This document shows positions 52,088 to 64,000 of a stretch of DNA of 64,000 nucleotides, piece by piece. Both the position numbers and the translations under genes were made by a program. How positions within the stretch are numbered: position 1 is the first letter of the stretch; every line of letters starts with the position of its first letter. Source of the stretch: Eledone cirrhosa (taxonomy: Eukaryota); assembly GCA_964016885.1 (NCBI GenBank), contig OZ024762.1, positions 14,446,001 to 14,510,000 on the forward strand. The letters are read 5' to 3'. The notes under the pieces are model-generated. The model had not been told where the DNA came from. It saw only the letters and a list, made by a program, of their open reading frames with translations, and searched no databases.

Positions 52088-52255
52088 GGAGGCACATGGC
52101 TTAGTGGTTAGAGCATTGGTCTTGCAATCGAAAGGTTGTGAGTTCAATTCTCAGACCGGGTGATGTGTTGTTTCCTTGAGCAAGACACTTTATTTCATAT
52201 TGCTCCAGTTTACTCAGCTGTAGAAATGAGATGATAGGGACTGGGGTCCCTATCA
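52088..52255 (+). mobile_element. tRNA-derived SINE (family 2)
   Basis: TGGCTTAGTGG A box and GAGTTCAATTC B box. The body is as at 24720-24880. Confidence 0.8.
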
Positions 52256-52599
52256 TTCCACTGCAAAGTGGACGTGTAGGCGCCACAGAAAAAAAAGCAC
52301 CCAGCACTCACTGTAAATGAGGTTGGTGTTAGGAAGGGCATCCAGCTGTAGAAATCAAGCCAGAATCAGTTCCTGTCCCACCCTTGCAAGCAGGGAAAAG
52401 CGGACGTAAATTGATGATGATGATGATGATGAATGATATAAGTCACCAAAGTTATTAGAGTGACCTCTGGCCATGACCCACCCAATGAGATAATAAGCTT
52501 GCGGATGTGAAACTGCATCCCAAGGTTCTCAGTATTCACACATTATAGTTATTCAGTGAGTATAGTAGGTGTGTTTTGGTAAATATATATATATATACA

Positions 52600-53162
52600 C
52601 AACCACTTTACAGAGTGTACTGGGTGTATTTTATCATGGCACCAGTACTACCACTTTACAGAGTGTACTGTGTGTATTTTATCATGGCACCAGTACTAAC
52701 ACCACTTTACAGAGTGTACTGGGTGTATTTTATCGTGGCACCAGTACTACCACCATTTCACAGAGTGTACTGGGTGTATTTTATCATGGCACCAGTACTA
52801 ACACCACTTTACAGAGTTTACTGCATGTATTCTATCGTGGCACCAGTACTAACACCATTTCACAGAGTGTACTGGGTGTATTTTATCATGGCACCAGTAC
52901 TAACACCACTTTACAGAGTTTACTGCATGTATTCTATCGTGGCACCAGTACTAACACCATTTCACAGAGTGTACTGGGTGTATTTTATCATGGCACCAGT
53001 ACTAACACCACTTTACAGAGTTTACTGCATGTATTCTATCGTGGCACCAGTACTAACACCATTTCACAGAGTGTACTGGGTGTATTTTATCATGGCACCA
53101 GTACTAACACCACTTTACAGAGTGTACTGGGTATATTCTATCAGGATACCAACACTACCATT
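52600..53162. repeat. 51-bp minisatellite, ~11 copies
   Basis: Unit ACCACTTTACAGAGTGTACTGGGTGTATTTTATCATGGCACCAGTACTAAC. It resembles the dispersed repeat at ~48500-48580, and alternating variants form a dimer. Confidence 0.93.
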
Positions 53163-53263
53163 TTCCTTCAGATTAAAAAAAAAAATTAATAAAAATAAAT
53201 TAATTAAATTAAATTAAATTAAATTGCAAAAAAAAAAAAAAATGAAAATAAAAGAGAACTTAC

Positions 53264-53371
53264 AGCTTTTTCTTTAAAATATTCCAAGGCATTCTTTGCT
53301 TCCATTTGTTCTAGTTGTTGTTCCTCTAGCTTCCTTTGGGTCATTCTCCGACTGGCGCTCAGTAGATCCTC
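53264..53371 (-). CDS. CFAP45: CFAP45-like gene B exon (108 nt; paralog of gene A exon 5); upstream exons lie beyond the window
   Basis: ggcccag|GAG...GCT|gtaag. Encodes EDLLSASRRMTQRKLEEQQLEQMEAKNALEYFKEKA, with the same length and phase as gene A exon 5. Confidence 0.88.
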
Positions 53372-56300
53372 CTGGGCCACAAAAATTATAGGGTTAGCTT
53401 ATGGTGAGTTTTTGTCCCCCCTGAGTATCAAATTGTTCATCCTGGGCCACAAAAAATATAGGGTTAGCTTATGGTAAGAGTTTTTGTCCCCCCCTGAGTA
53501 TCAAATTGTTCATCCTGGGCCACAAAAATTATAGGGTTAGCTTATGGTGAGAGTTTTTGTCCCCCCCCTGAGTATCAAATTGTTCATCCTGGGCCACAAA
53601 AATTATAGGGTTAGCTTATGGTAAGAGTTTTTGTCCCCCCCTGAGTATCAAATTGTTCATCCTGGGCCACAAAAATTATAGGGTTAGCTTATGGTAAGAG
53701 TTTTTGTCCCCCCCCTGAGTATCAAATTGTTCATCCTGGGCCACAAAAATTATAGGGTTAGCTTATGGTAAGAGTTTTTGTCCCCCCCTGAGTATCAAAT
53801 TGTTCATCCTGGGCCACAAAAATTATAGGGTTAGCTTATGGTAAGAGTTTTTGTCCCCCCCTGAGTATCAAATTGTTCATCCTGGGCCACAAAAATTATA
53901 GGGTTAGCTTATGGTGAGAGTTTTTGTCCTCCCTGAGTATCAAATTGTTCATCCTGGGCCACAAAAATTATAGGGTTAGCTTATGGTGAGAGTTTTTGTC
54001 CTCCCTGAGTATCAAATTGTTCATCCTGGGCCACAAAAATTATAGGGTTAGCTTATGGTGAGAGTTTTTGTCCCCCCTGAGTATCAAATTGTTCATCCTG
54101 GGCCACAAAAAATATAGGGTTAGCTTATGGTGAGAGTTTTTGTCCCCTCGGAGTATCAAATTATTCATCCTGGGCCACAAAAATTATAGGGTTAGCTTAT
54201 GGTGAGTTTTTGTCCCCCCTGAGTATCAAATTGTTCATCCTGTGCCACAAAAAATATAGGGTTAGCTTATGGTGAGAGTTTTTGTCCCCCCTGAGTATCA
54301 AATTGTTCATCCTGGGCCACAAAAATTATAGGGTTAGCTTATGGTGAGAGTTTTTGTCCCCCCTGAGTATCAAATTGTTCATCCTGGGCCACAAAAAATA
54401 TAGGGTTAGCTTATGGTGAGTTTTTGTCCCCCCTGAGTATCAAATTGTTCATCCTGGGCCACAAAAATTATAGGGTTAGCTTATGGTGAGAGTTTTTGTC
54501 CCCCGTGAGTATCAAATTGTTCATCCTGGGCCACAAAAATTATAGGGTTAGCTTATGGTGAGAGTTTTTGTCCCCCCTGAGTATAAAATTGTTCATCCTG
54601 GGCCACAAAAAATATAGGGTTAGCTTATGGTGAGTTTTTGTCCCCCCTGAGTATCAAATTGTTCATCCTGGGCCACAAAAATTATAGGGTTAGCTTATGG
54701 TGAGTTTTTGTCCCCCCTGAGTATCAAATTGTTCATCCTGGGCCACAAAAATTATAGGGTTAGCTTATGGTGAGAGTTTTTGTCCCCCCTGAGTATCAAA
54801 TTGTTCATCCTGGGCCACAAAAATTATAGGGTTAGCTTATGGTGAGAGTTTTTGTCCCCCCTGAGTATCAAATTGTTCATCCTGGGCCACAAAAAATATA
54901 GGGTTAGCTTATGGTGAGTTTTTGTCCCCCCTGAGTATCAAATTGTTCATCCTGGGCCACAAAAATTATAGGGTTAGCTTATGGTGAGAGTTTTTGTCCC
55001 CCCCTGAGTATCAAATTGTTCATCCTGGGCCACAAAAATTATAGGGTTAGCTTATGGTGAGAGTTTTTGTCCCCCTCTGAGTATCAAATTGTTCATCCTG
55101 GGCCACAAAAATTATAGGGTTAGCTTATGGTGAGAGTTTTTGTCCCCCCCTGAGTATCAAATTGTTCATCCTGGGCCACAAAAATTATAGGGTTAGCTTA
55201 TGGTAAGAGTTTTTGTCCCCCCCTGAGTATCAAATTGTTCATCCTGGGCCACAAAAATTATAGGGTTAGCTTATGGTAAGAGTTTTTGTCCCCCCCCCTG
55301 AGTATCAAATTGTTCATCCTGGGCCACAAAAATTATAGGGTTAGCTTATGGTAAGAGTTTTTGTCCCCCCCTGAGTATCAAATTGTTCATCCTGGGCCAC
55401 AAAAATTATAGGGTTAGCTTATGGTGAGAGTTTTTGTCCCCCCCTGAGTATCAAATTGTTCATCCTGGGCCACAAAAATTATAGGGTTAGCTTATGGTGA
55501 GAGTTTTTTTCCCCCCTGAGTATTAAATTGTTCATCCTGGGCCACAAAAATTATAGGGTTAGCTTATGGTAAGAGTTTTTGTCCCCCCCTGAGTATCAAA
55601 TTGTTCATCCTGGGCCACAAAAATTATAGGGTTAGCTTATGGTAAGAGTTTTTGTCCCCCCCCTGAGTATCAAATTGTTCATCCTGGGCCACAAAAATTA
55701 TAGGGTTAGCTTATGGTAAGAGTTTTTGTCATCCCCTGAGTATCAAATTGTTCATCCTGGGCCACAAAAATTATAGGGTTAGCTTATGGTAAGAGTTTTT
55801 GTCCCCCCCTGAGTATCAAATTGTTCATCCTGGGCCACAAAAATTATAGGGTTAGCTTATGGTGAGAGTTTTTGTCCTCCCTGAGTATCAAATTGTTCAT
55901 CCTGGGCCACAAAAATTATAGGGTTAGCTTATGGTGAGAGTTTTTGTCCCCCCTGAGTATCAAATTGTTCATCCTGGGCCACAAAAAATATAGGGTTAGC
56001 TTATGGTGAGAGTTTTTGTCCCCTCGGAGTATCAAATTATTCATCCTGGGCCACAAAAATTATAGGGTTAGCTTATGGTGAGTTTTTGTCCCCCCTGAGT
56101 ATCAAATTGTTCATCCTGTGCCACAAAAAATATAGGGTTAGCTTATGGTGAGAGTTTTTGTCCCCCCTGAGTATCAAATTGTTCATCCTGGGCCACAAAA
56201 ATTATAGGGTTAGCTTATGGTGAGAGTTTTTGTCCCCCCTGAGTATCAAATTGTTCATCCTGGGCCACAAAAAATATAGGGTTAGCTTATGGTGAGTTTT

Positions 56301-59300
56301 TGTCCCCCCTGAGTATCAAATTGTTCATCCTGGGCCACAAAAATTATAGGGTTAGCTTATGGTGAGAGTTTTTGTCCCCCGTGAGTATCAAATTGATCAT
56401 CCTGGGCCACAAAAATTATAGGGTTAGCTTATGGTGAGAGTTTTTGTCCCCCCTGAGTATCAAATTGTTCATCCTGGGCCACAAAAAATATAGGGTTAGC
56501 TTATGGTGAGTTTTTGTCCCCCCTGAGTATCAAATTGTTCATCCTGGGCCACAAAAATTATAGGGTTAGCTTATGGTGAGTTTTTGTCCCCCCTGAGTAT
56601 CAAATTGTTCATCCTGGGCCACAAAAATTATAGGGTTAGCTTATGGTGAGAGTGTTTGTCCCCCCTGAGTATCAAATTGTTCATCCTGGGCCACAAAAAA
56701 TATAGGGTTAGCTTATGGTGAGTTTTTGTCCCCCCTGAGTATCAAATTGTTCATCCTGGGCCACAAAAATTATAGGGTTAGCTTATGGTGAGTTTTTGTC
56801 CCCCCTGAGTATCAAATTGTTCATCCTGGGCCACAAAAATTATAGGGTTAGCTTATGGTGAGAGTTTTTGTCCCCCCTGAGTATCAAATTGTTCATCCTG
56901 GGCCACAAAAATTATAGGGTTAGCTTATGGTGAGAGTTTTTGTCCCCCCTGAGTATCAAATTGTTCATCCTGGGCCACAAAAATTATAGGGTTAGCTTAT
57001 GGTGAGAGTTTTTGTCCCCCCTGAGTATCAAATTGTTCATCCTGGGCCACAAAAATTATAGGGTTAGCTTATGGTGAGAGTTTTTGTCCCCCCTGAGTAT
57101 CAAATTGTTCATCCTGGGCCACAAAAATTATAGGGTTAGCTTATGGTGAGAGTTTTTGTCCCCCCTGAGTATCAAATTGTTCATCCTGGGCCACAAAAAT
57201 TATAGGGTTAGCTTATGGTGAGAGTTTTTGTCCCCCCTGAGTATCAAATTGTTCATCCTGGGCCACAAAAATTATAGGGTTAGCTTATGGTGAGAGTTTT
57301 TGTCCCCCCTGAGTATCAAATTGTTCATCCTGGGCCACAAAAATTATAGGGTTAGCTTATGGTGAGAGTTTTTGTCCCTCCTGAGTATCAAATTGTTCAT
57401 CCTGGGCCACAAAAATTATAGGGTTAGCTTATGGTGAGAGTTTTTGTCCCCCCTGAGTATCCAATTGTTCATCCTGGGCCACAAAAATTATAGGGTTAGC
57501 TTATGGTGCGAGTTTTTGTCCCCCCTGAGTATCAAATTGTTCATCCTGGGTCACAAAAATTATAGGGTTAGCTTATGGTAAGAGTTTTTGTCCCCCCTCC
57601 TGAGTATCAAATTGTTCATCCTGGGCCACAAAAATTATAGGGTTAGCTTATGGTGAGAGTTTTTGTCCCCCCTGAGTATCAAATTGTTCATCCTGGGCCA
57701 CAAAAATTATAGGGTTAGCTTATGGTGAGAGTTTTTGTCCTCCCTGAGTATCAAATTGTTCATCCTGGGCCACAAAAAATATAGGGTTAGCTTATGGTGA
57801 GAGTTTTTGTCCCCCCCTGAGTATCAAATTGTTCATCCTGGGCCACAAAAAATATAGGGTTAGCTTATGGTGAGAGTTTTTGTCCTCCCTGTATATCAAA
57901 TTGTTCATCCTGGGCCACAAAAAATATAGGGTTAGCTTATGGTGAGAGTTTTTGTCCCCCCCTGAGTATCAAATTGTTCATCCTGGGCCACAAAAATTAT
58001 AGGGTTAGCTTATGGTGAGAGTTTTTGTCCTCCCTGAGTATCAAATTGTTCATCCTGGGCCACAAAAAATATAGGGTTAGCTTATGGTGAGTTTTTGTCC
58101 CCCCTGAGTATCAAATTGTTCATCCTGGGCCACAAAAATTATAGGGTTAGCTTATGGTGAGTTTTTGTCCCCCCTGAGTATCAAATTGTTCATCCTGGGC
58201 CACAAAAATTATAGGGTTAGCTTATGGTGAGAGTTTTTGTCCCCCCCTGAGTATCAAATTGTTCATCCTGGGCCACAAAAATTATAGGGTTAGCTTATGG
58301 TGAGAGTTTTTGTCCCCCTCTGAGTATCAAATTGTTCATCCTGGGCCACAAAAATTATAGGGTTAGCTTATGGTGAGAGTTTTTGTCCCCCCCTGAGTAT
58401 CAAATTGTTCATCCTGGGCCACAAAAATTATAGGGTTAGCTTATGGTAAGAGTTTTTGTCCCCCCCTGAGTATCAAATTGTTCATCCTGGGCCACAAAAA
58501 TTATAGGGTTAGCTTATGGTAAGAGTTTTTGTCCCCCCCCTGAGTATCAAATTGTTCATCCTGGGCCACAAAAATTATAGGGTTAGCTTATGGTAAGAGT
58601 TTTTGTCCCCCCCTGAGTATCAAATTGTTCATCCTGGGCCACAAAAATTATAGGGTTAGCTTATGGTGAGAGTGTTTGTCCCCCCTGAGTATCAAATTGT
58701 TCATCCTGGGCCACAAAAATTATAGGGTTAGCTTATGGTGAGAGTTTTTTTCCCCCCTGAGTATCAAATTGTTCATCCTGGGCCACAAAAATTATAGGGT
58801 TAGCTTATGGTAAGAGTTTTTGTCCCCCCCTGAGTATCAAATTGTTCATCCTGGGCCACAAAAATTATAGGGTTAGCTTATGGTAAGAGTTTTTGTCCCC
58901 CCCTGAGTATCAAATTGTTCATCCTGGGCCACAAAAATTATAGGGTTAGCTTATGGTAAGAGTTTTTGTCCCCCCCTGAGTATCAAATTGTTCATCCTGG
59001 GCCACAAAAATTATAGGGTTAGCTTATGGTAAGAGTTTTTGTCCCCCCCTGAGTATCAAATTGTTCATCCTGGGCCACAAAAATTATAGGGTTAGCTTAT
59101 GGTGAGAGTTTTTGTCCTCCCTGAGTATCAAATTGTTCATCCTGGGCCACAAAAATTATAGGGTTAGCTTATGGTGAGAGTTTTTGTCCCCCCTGAGTAT
59201 CAAATTGTTCATCCTGGGCCACAAAAAATATAGGGTTAGCTTATGGTGAGAGTTTTTGTCCCCTCGGAGTATCAAATTATTCATCCTGGGCCACAAAAAT

Positions 59301-62300
59301 TATAGGGTTAGCTTATGGTGAGTTTTTGTCCCCCCTGAGTATCAAATTGTTCATCCTGTGCCACAAAAAATATAGGGTTAGCTTATGGTGAGAGTTTTTG
59401 TCCCCCCTGAGTATCAAATTGTTCATCCTGGGCCACAAAAATTATAGGGTTAGCTTATGGTGAGAGTTTTTGTCCCCCCTGAGTATCAAATTGTTCATCC
59501 TGGGCCACAAAAAATATAGGGTTAGCTTATGGTGAGTTTTTGTCCCCCCTGAGTATCAAATTGTTCATCCTGGGCCACAAAAATTATAGGGTTAGCTTAT
59601 GGTGAGAGTTTTTGTCCCCCGTGAGTATCAAATTGTTCATCCTGGGCCACAAAAATTATAGGGTTAGCTTATGGTGAGAGTTTTTGTCCCCCCTGAGTAT
59701 CAAATTGTTCATCCTGGGCCACAAAAAATATAGGGTTAGCTTATGGTGAGTTTTTGTCCCCCCTGAGTATCAAATTGTTCATCCTGGGCCACAAAAATTA
59801 TAGGGTTAGCTTATGGTGAGTTTTTGTCCCCCCTGAGTATCAAATTGTTCATCCTGGGCCACAAAAATTATAGGGTTAGCTTATGGTGAGAGTTTTTGTC
59901 CCCCCTGAGTATCAAATTGTTCATCCTGGGCCACAAAAAATATAGGGTTAGCTTATGGTGAGTTTTTGTCCCCCCTGAGTATCAAATTGTTCATCCTGGG
60001 CCACAAAAATTATAGGGTTAGCTTATGGTGAGTTTTTGTCCCCCCTGAGTATCAAATTGTTCATCCTGGGCCACAAAAATTATAGGGTTAGCTTATGGTG
60101 AGAGTTTTTGTCCCCCCTGAGTATCAAATTGTTCATCCTGCGCCACAAAAATTATAGGGTTAGCTTATGGTGAGAGTTTTTGTCCCCCCTGAGTATCAAA
60201 TTGTTCATCCTGGGCCACAAAAATTATAGGGTTAGCTTATGGTGAGAGTTTTTGTCCCCCCTGAGTATCAAATTGTTCATCCTGGGCCACAAAAATTATA
60301 GGGTTAGCTTATGGTGAGAGTTTTTGTCCCCCCTGAGTATCAAATTGTTCATCCTGGGCCACAAAAATTATAGGGTTAGCTTATGGTGAGAGTTTTTGTC
60401 CCCCCTGAGTATCAAATTGTTCATCCTGGGCCACAAAAATTATAGGGTTAGCTTATGGTGAGAGTTTTTGTCCTCCCTGAGTATCAAATTGTTCATCCTG
60501 GGCCACAAAAAATATAGGGTTAGCTTATGGTGAGAGTTTTTGTCCCCCCCTGAGTATCAAATTGTTCATCCTGGGCCACAAAAATTATAGGGTTAGCTTA
60601 TGGTGAGAGTTTTTGTCCTCCCTGAGTATCAAATTGTTCATCCTGGGCCACAAAAAATATAGGGTTAGCTTATGGTGAGTTTTTGTCCCCCCTGAGTATC
60701 AAATTGTTCATCCTGGGCCACAAAAATTATAGGGTTAGCTTATGGTGAGTTTTTGTCCCCCCTGAGTATCAAATTGTTCATCCTGGGCCACAAAATTTAT
60801 AGGGTTAGCTTATGGTGAGAGTTTTTGTCCCCCCCTGAGTATCAAATTGTTCATCCTGGGCCACAAAAATTATAGGGTTAGCTTATGGTGAGAGTTTTTG
60901 TCCCCCTCTGAGTATCAAATTGTTCATCCTGGGCCACAAAAATTATAGGGTTAGCTTATGGTGAGAGTTTTTGTCCCCCCCTGAGTATCAAATTGTTCAT
61001 CCTGGGCCACAAAAATTATAGGGTTAGCTTATGGTAAGAGTTTTTGTCCCCCCCTGAGTATCAAATTGTTCATCCTGGGCCACAAAAATTATAGGGTTAG
61101 CTTATGGTAAGAGTTTTTGTCCCCCCCCTGAGTATCAAATTGTTCATCCTGGGCCACAAAAATTATAGGGTTAGCTTATGGTAAGAGTTTTTGTCCCCCC
61201 CTGAGTATCAAATTGTTCATCCTGGGCCACAAAAATTATAGGGTTAGCTTATGGTGAGAGTTTTTGTCCCTCCCTGAGTATCAAATTGTTCATCCTGGGC
61301 CACAAAAATTATAGGGTTAGCTTATGGTGAGAGTTTTTTTCCCCCCTGAGTATCAAATTGTTCATCCTGGGCCACAAAAATTATAGGGTTAGCTTATGGT
61401 AAGAGTTTTTGTCCCCCCCTGAGTATCAAATTGTTCATCCTGGGCCACAAAAATTATAGGGTTAGCTTATGGTAAGAGTTTTTGTCCCCCCCCTGAGTAT
61501 CAAATTGTTCATCCTGGGCCACAAAAATTATAGGGTTAGCTTATGGTAAGAGTTTTTGTCCCCCCCTGAGTATCAAATTGTTCATCCTGGGCCACAAAAA
61601 TTATAGGGTTAGCTTATGGTAAGAGTTTTTGTCCTCCCTGAGTATCAAATTGTTCATCCTGGGCCACAAAAATTATAGGGTTAGCTTAAGGTGAGAGTTT
61701 TTGTCCTCCCTGAGAATCAAATTGTTCATCCTGGGCCACAAAAATTATAGGGTTAGCTTATGGTGAGAGTTTTTGTCCTCCCCGAGTATCAAATTGTTCA
61801 TCCTGGGCCACAAAAATTATAGGTTTAGCTTATGGTGAGAGTTTTTGTCCTCCCCGAGTATCAAATTGTTCATCCTGGGCCACAAAAATTATAGGGTTAG
61901 CTTATGGTGAGAGTTTTTGTCCCCCCTGAGTATCAAATTGTTCATCCTGGGCCACAAAAAATATAGGGTTAGCTTATGGTGAGAGTTTTTGTCCCCTCGG
62001 AGTATCAAATTATTCATCCTGAGCCACAAAAATTATAGGGTTAGCTTATGGTGAGTTTTTGTCCCCCCTGAGTATCAAATTGTTCATCCTGTGCCACAAA
62101 AAATATAGGGTTAGCTTATGGTGAGAGTTTTTGTCCCCCCTGAGTATCAAATTGTTCATCCTGGGCCACAAAAATTATAGGGTTAGCTGATGGTGAGAGT
62201 TTTTGTCCCCCCTGAGTATCAAATTGTTCATCCTGGGCCACAAAAAATATAGGGTTAGCTTATGGTGAGTTTTTGTCCCCCCTGAGTATCAAATTGTTCA

Positions 62301-64000
62301 TCCTGGGCCACAAAAATTATAGGGTTAGCTTATGGTGAGAGTTTTTGTCCCCCGTGAGTATCAAATTGTTCATCCTGGGCCACAAAAATTATAGGGTTAG
62401 CTTATGGTGAGAGTTTTTGTCCCCCCTGAGTATCAAATTGTTCATCCTGGGCCACAAAAAATATAGGGTTAGCTTATGGTGAGTTTTTGTCCCCCCTGAG
62501 TATCAAATTGTTCATCCTGGGCCACAAAAATTATAGGGTTAGCTTATGGTGAGTTTTTGTCCCCCCTGAGTATCAAATTGTTCATCCTGGGCCACAAAAA
62601 TTATAGGGTTAGCTTATGGTGAGAGTTTTTGTCCCCCCTGAGTATCAAATTGTTCATCCTGGGCCACAAAAATTATAGGGTTAGCTTATGGTGAGAGTGT
62701 TTGTCCCCCCTGAGTATCAAATTGTTCATCCTGGGCCACAAAAAATATAGGGTTAGCTTATGGTGAGTTTTTGTCCCCCCTGAGTATCAAATTGTTCATC
62801 CTGGGCCACAAAAATTATAGGGTTAGCTTATGGTGAGTTTTTGTCCCCCCTGAGTATCAAATTGTTCATCCTGGGCCACAAAAATTATAGGGTTAGCTTA
62901 TGGTGAAAGTTTTTGTCCCCCCTGAGTATCAAATTGTTCATCCTGGGCCACAAAAATTATAGGGTTAGCTTATGGTGAGAGTTTTTGTCCCCCCTGAGTA
63001 TCAAATTGTTCATCCTGGGCCACAAAAATTATAGGGTTAGCTTATGGTGAGAGTTTTTGTCCCCCCCTGAGTATCAAATTGTTCATCCTGGGCCACAAAA
63101 ATTATAGGGTTAGCTTATGGTGAGAGTTTTTTTCCCCCCTGAGTATTAAATTGTTCATCCTGGGCCACAAAAATTATAGGGTTAGCTTATGGTAAGAGTT
63201 TTTGTCCCCCCCTGAGTATCAAATTGTTCATCCTGGGCCACAAAAATTATAGGGTTAGCTTATGGTAAGAGTTTTTGTCCCCCCCCTGAGTATCAAATTG
63301 TTCATCCTGGGCCACAAAAATTATAGGGTTAGCTTATGGTAAGAGTTTTTGTCATCCCCTGAGTATCAAATTGTTCATCCTGGGCCACAAAAATTATAGG
63401 GTTAGCTTATGGTAAGAGTTTTTGTCCCCCCCTGAGTATCAAATTGTTCATCCTGGGCCACAAAAATTATAGGGTTAGCTTATGGTGAGAGTTTTTGTCC
63501 TCCCTGAGTATCAAATTGTTCATCCTGGGCCACAAAAATTATAGGGTTAGCTTATGGTGAGAGTTTTTGTCCCCCCTGAGTATCAAATTGTTCATCCTGG
63601 GCCACAAAAAATATAGGGTTAGCTTATGGTGAGAGTTTTTGTCCCCTCGGAGTATCAAATTATTCATCCTGGGCCACAAAAATTATAGGGTTAGCTTATG
63701 GTGAGTTTTTGTCCCCCCTGAGTATCAAATTGTTCATCCTGTGCCACAAAAAATATAGGGTTAGCTTATGGTGAGAGTTTTTGTCCCCCCTGAGTATCAA
63801 ATTGTTCATCCTGGGCCACAAAAATTATAGGGTTAGCTTATGGTGAGAGTTTTTGTCCCCCCTGAGTATCAAATTGTTCATCCTGGGCCACAAAAAATAT
63901 AGGGTTAGCTTATGGTGAGTTTTTGTCCCCCCTGAGTATCAAATTGTTCATCCTGGGCCACAAAAATTATAGGGTTAGCTTATGGTGAGAGTTTTTGTCC
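53371..64000. repeat. Intronic satellite array, 70-74 bp monomer (mode 72), ~147 copies, continuing past the window end
   Basis: Monomer CCTGGGCCACAAAAATTATAGGGTTAGCTTATGGTGAGAGTTTTTGTCCCCCCTGAGTATCAAATTGTTCAT, highly homogeneous. Confidence 0.99.

Noticed and set aside
52088-52165. tRNA gene
   Set aside because: It has A and B boxes but continues into a multi-copy SINE body without a convincing acceptor stem.
52569-53217. 206-aa and 213-aa repetitive ORFs
   Set aside because: They result from a 51-bp (17-codon) minisatellite, antisense within a gene B intron, with no splice or homology support.
53371-64000. CRISPR array or telomeric repeat
   Set aside because: There are no unique spacers and no cas genes, and the context is eukaryotic. 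The TAGGGTTAG in each monomer is only a partial TTAGGG match, not a telomere tract.
53371-64000. Recursive-splicing (ratchet) sites or repeated coding micro-exons in the satellite
   Set aside because: Acceptors are followed by GA rather than GT, and the strong donor-like GGTGAG/GGTAAG motifs are on the non-coding plus strand. The frame after each acceptor closes quickly.

Overview
Eukaryotic, very AT-rich, repeat-dense animal DNA. The (TA)n tracts, tRNA-derived SINEs, RTE/Dong LINEs and Penelope debris suggest an octopod cephalopod (inference, not proven). Nearly all long ORFs in the supplied track are microsatellite artefacts. Reading splice sites by hand gives two tandem minus-strand CFAP45 (CCDC19)-family ciliary coiled-coil genes. 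Gene A appears complete: 8 coding exons, 34177->5911, about 505 aa, all GT-AG with consistent phases. Gene B contributes its last 4 exons (53371->46657), three with exactly the same lengths as gene A's (108/308/225 nt). Main observations: (1) a >10.6 kb array of ~72-bp monomers, each a copy of gene B's branch point plus 3' splice acceptor, abutting the exon; (2) direct and inverted duplicates of gene A exon acceptors in its introns; (3) about ten minimal type I hammerhead ribozyme motifs and many fold-back palindromes between (TA)n tracts, consistent with Penelope-like retroelements; (4) an RFX X-box beside a probable 5'UTR exon of gene A. All homologies were recognised by eye; no database search was run.
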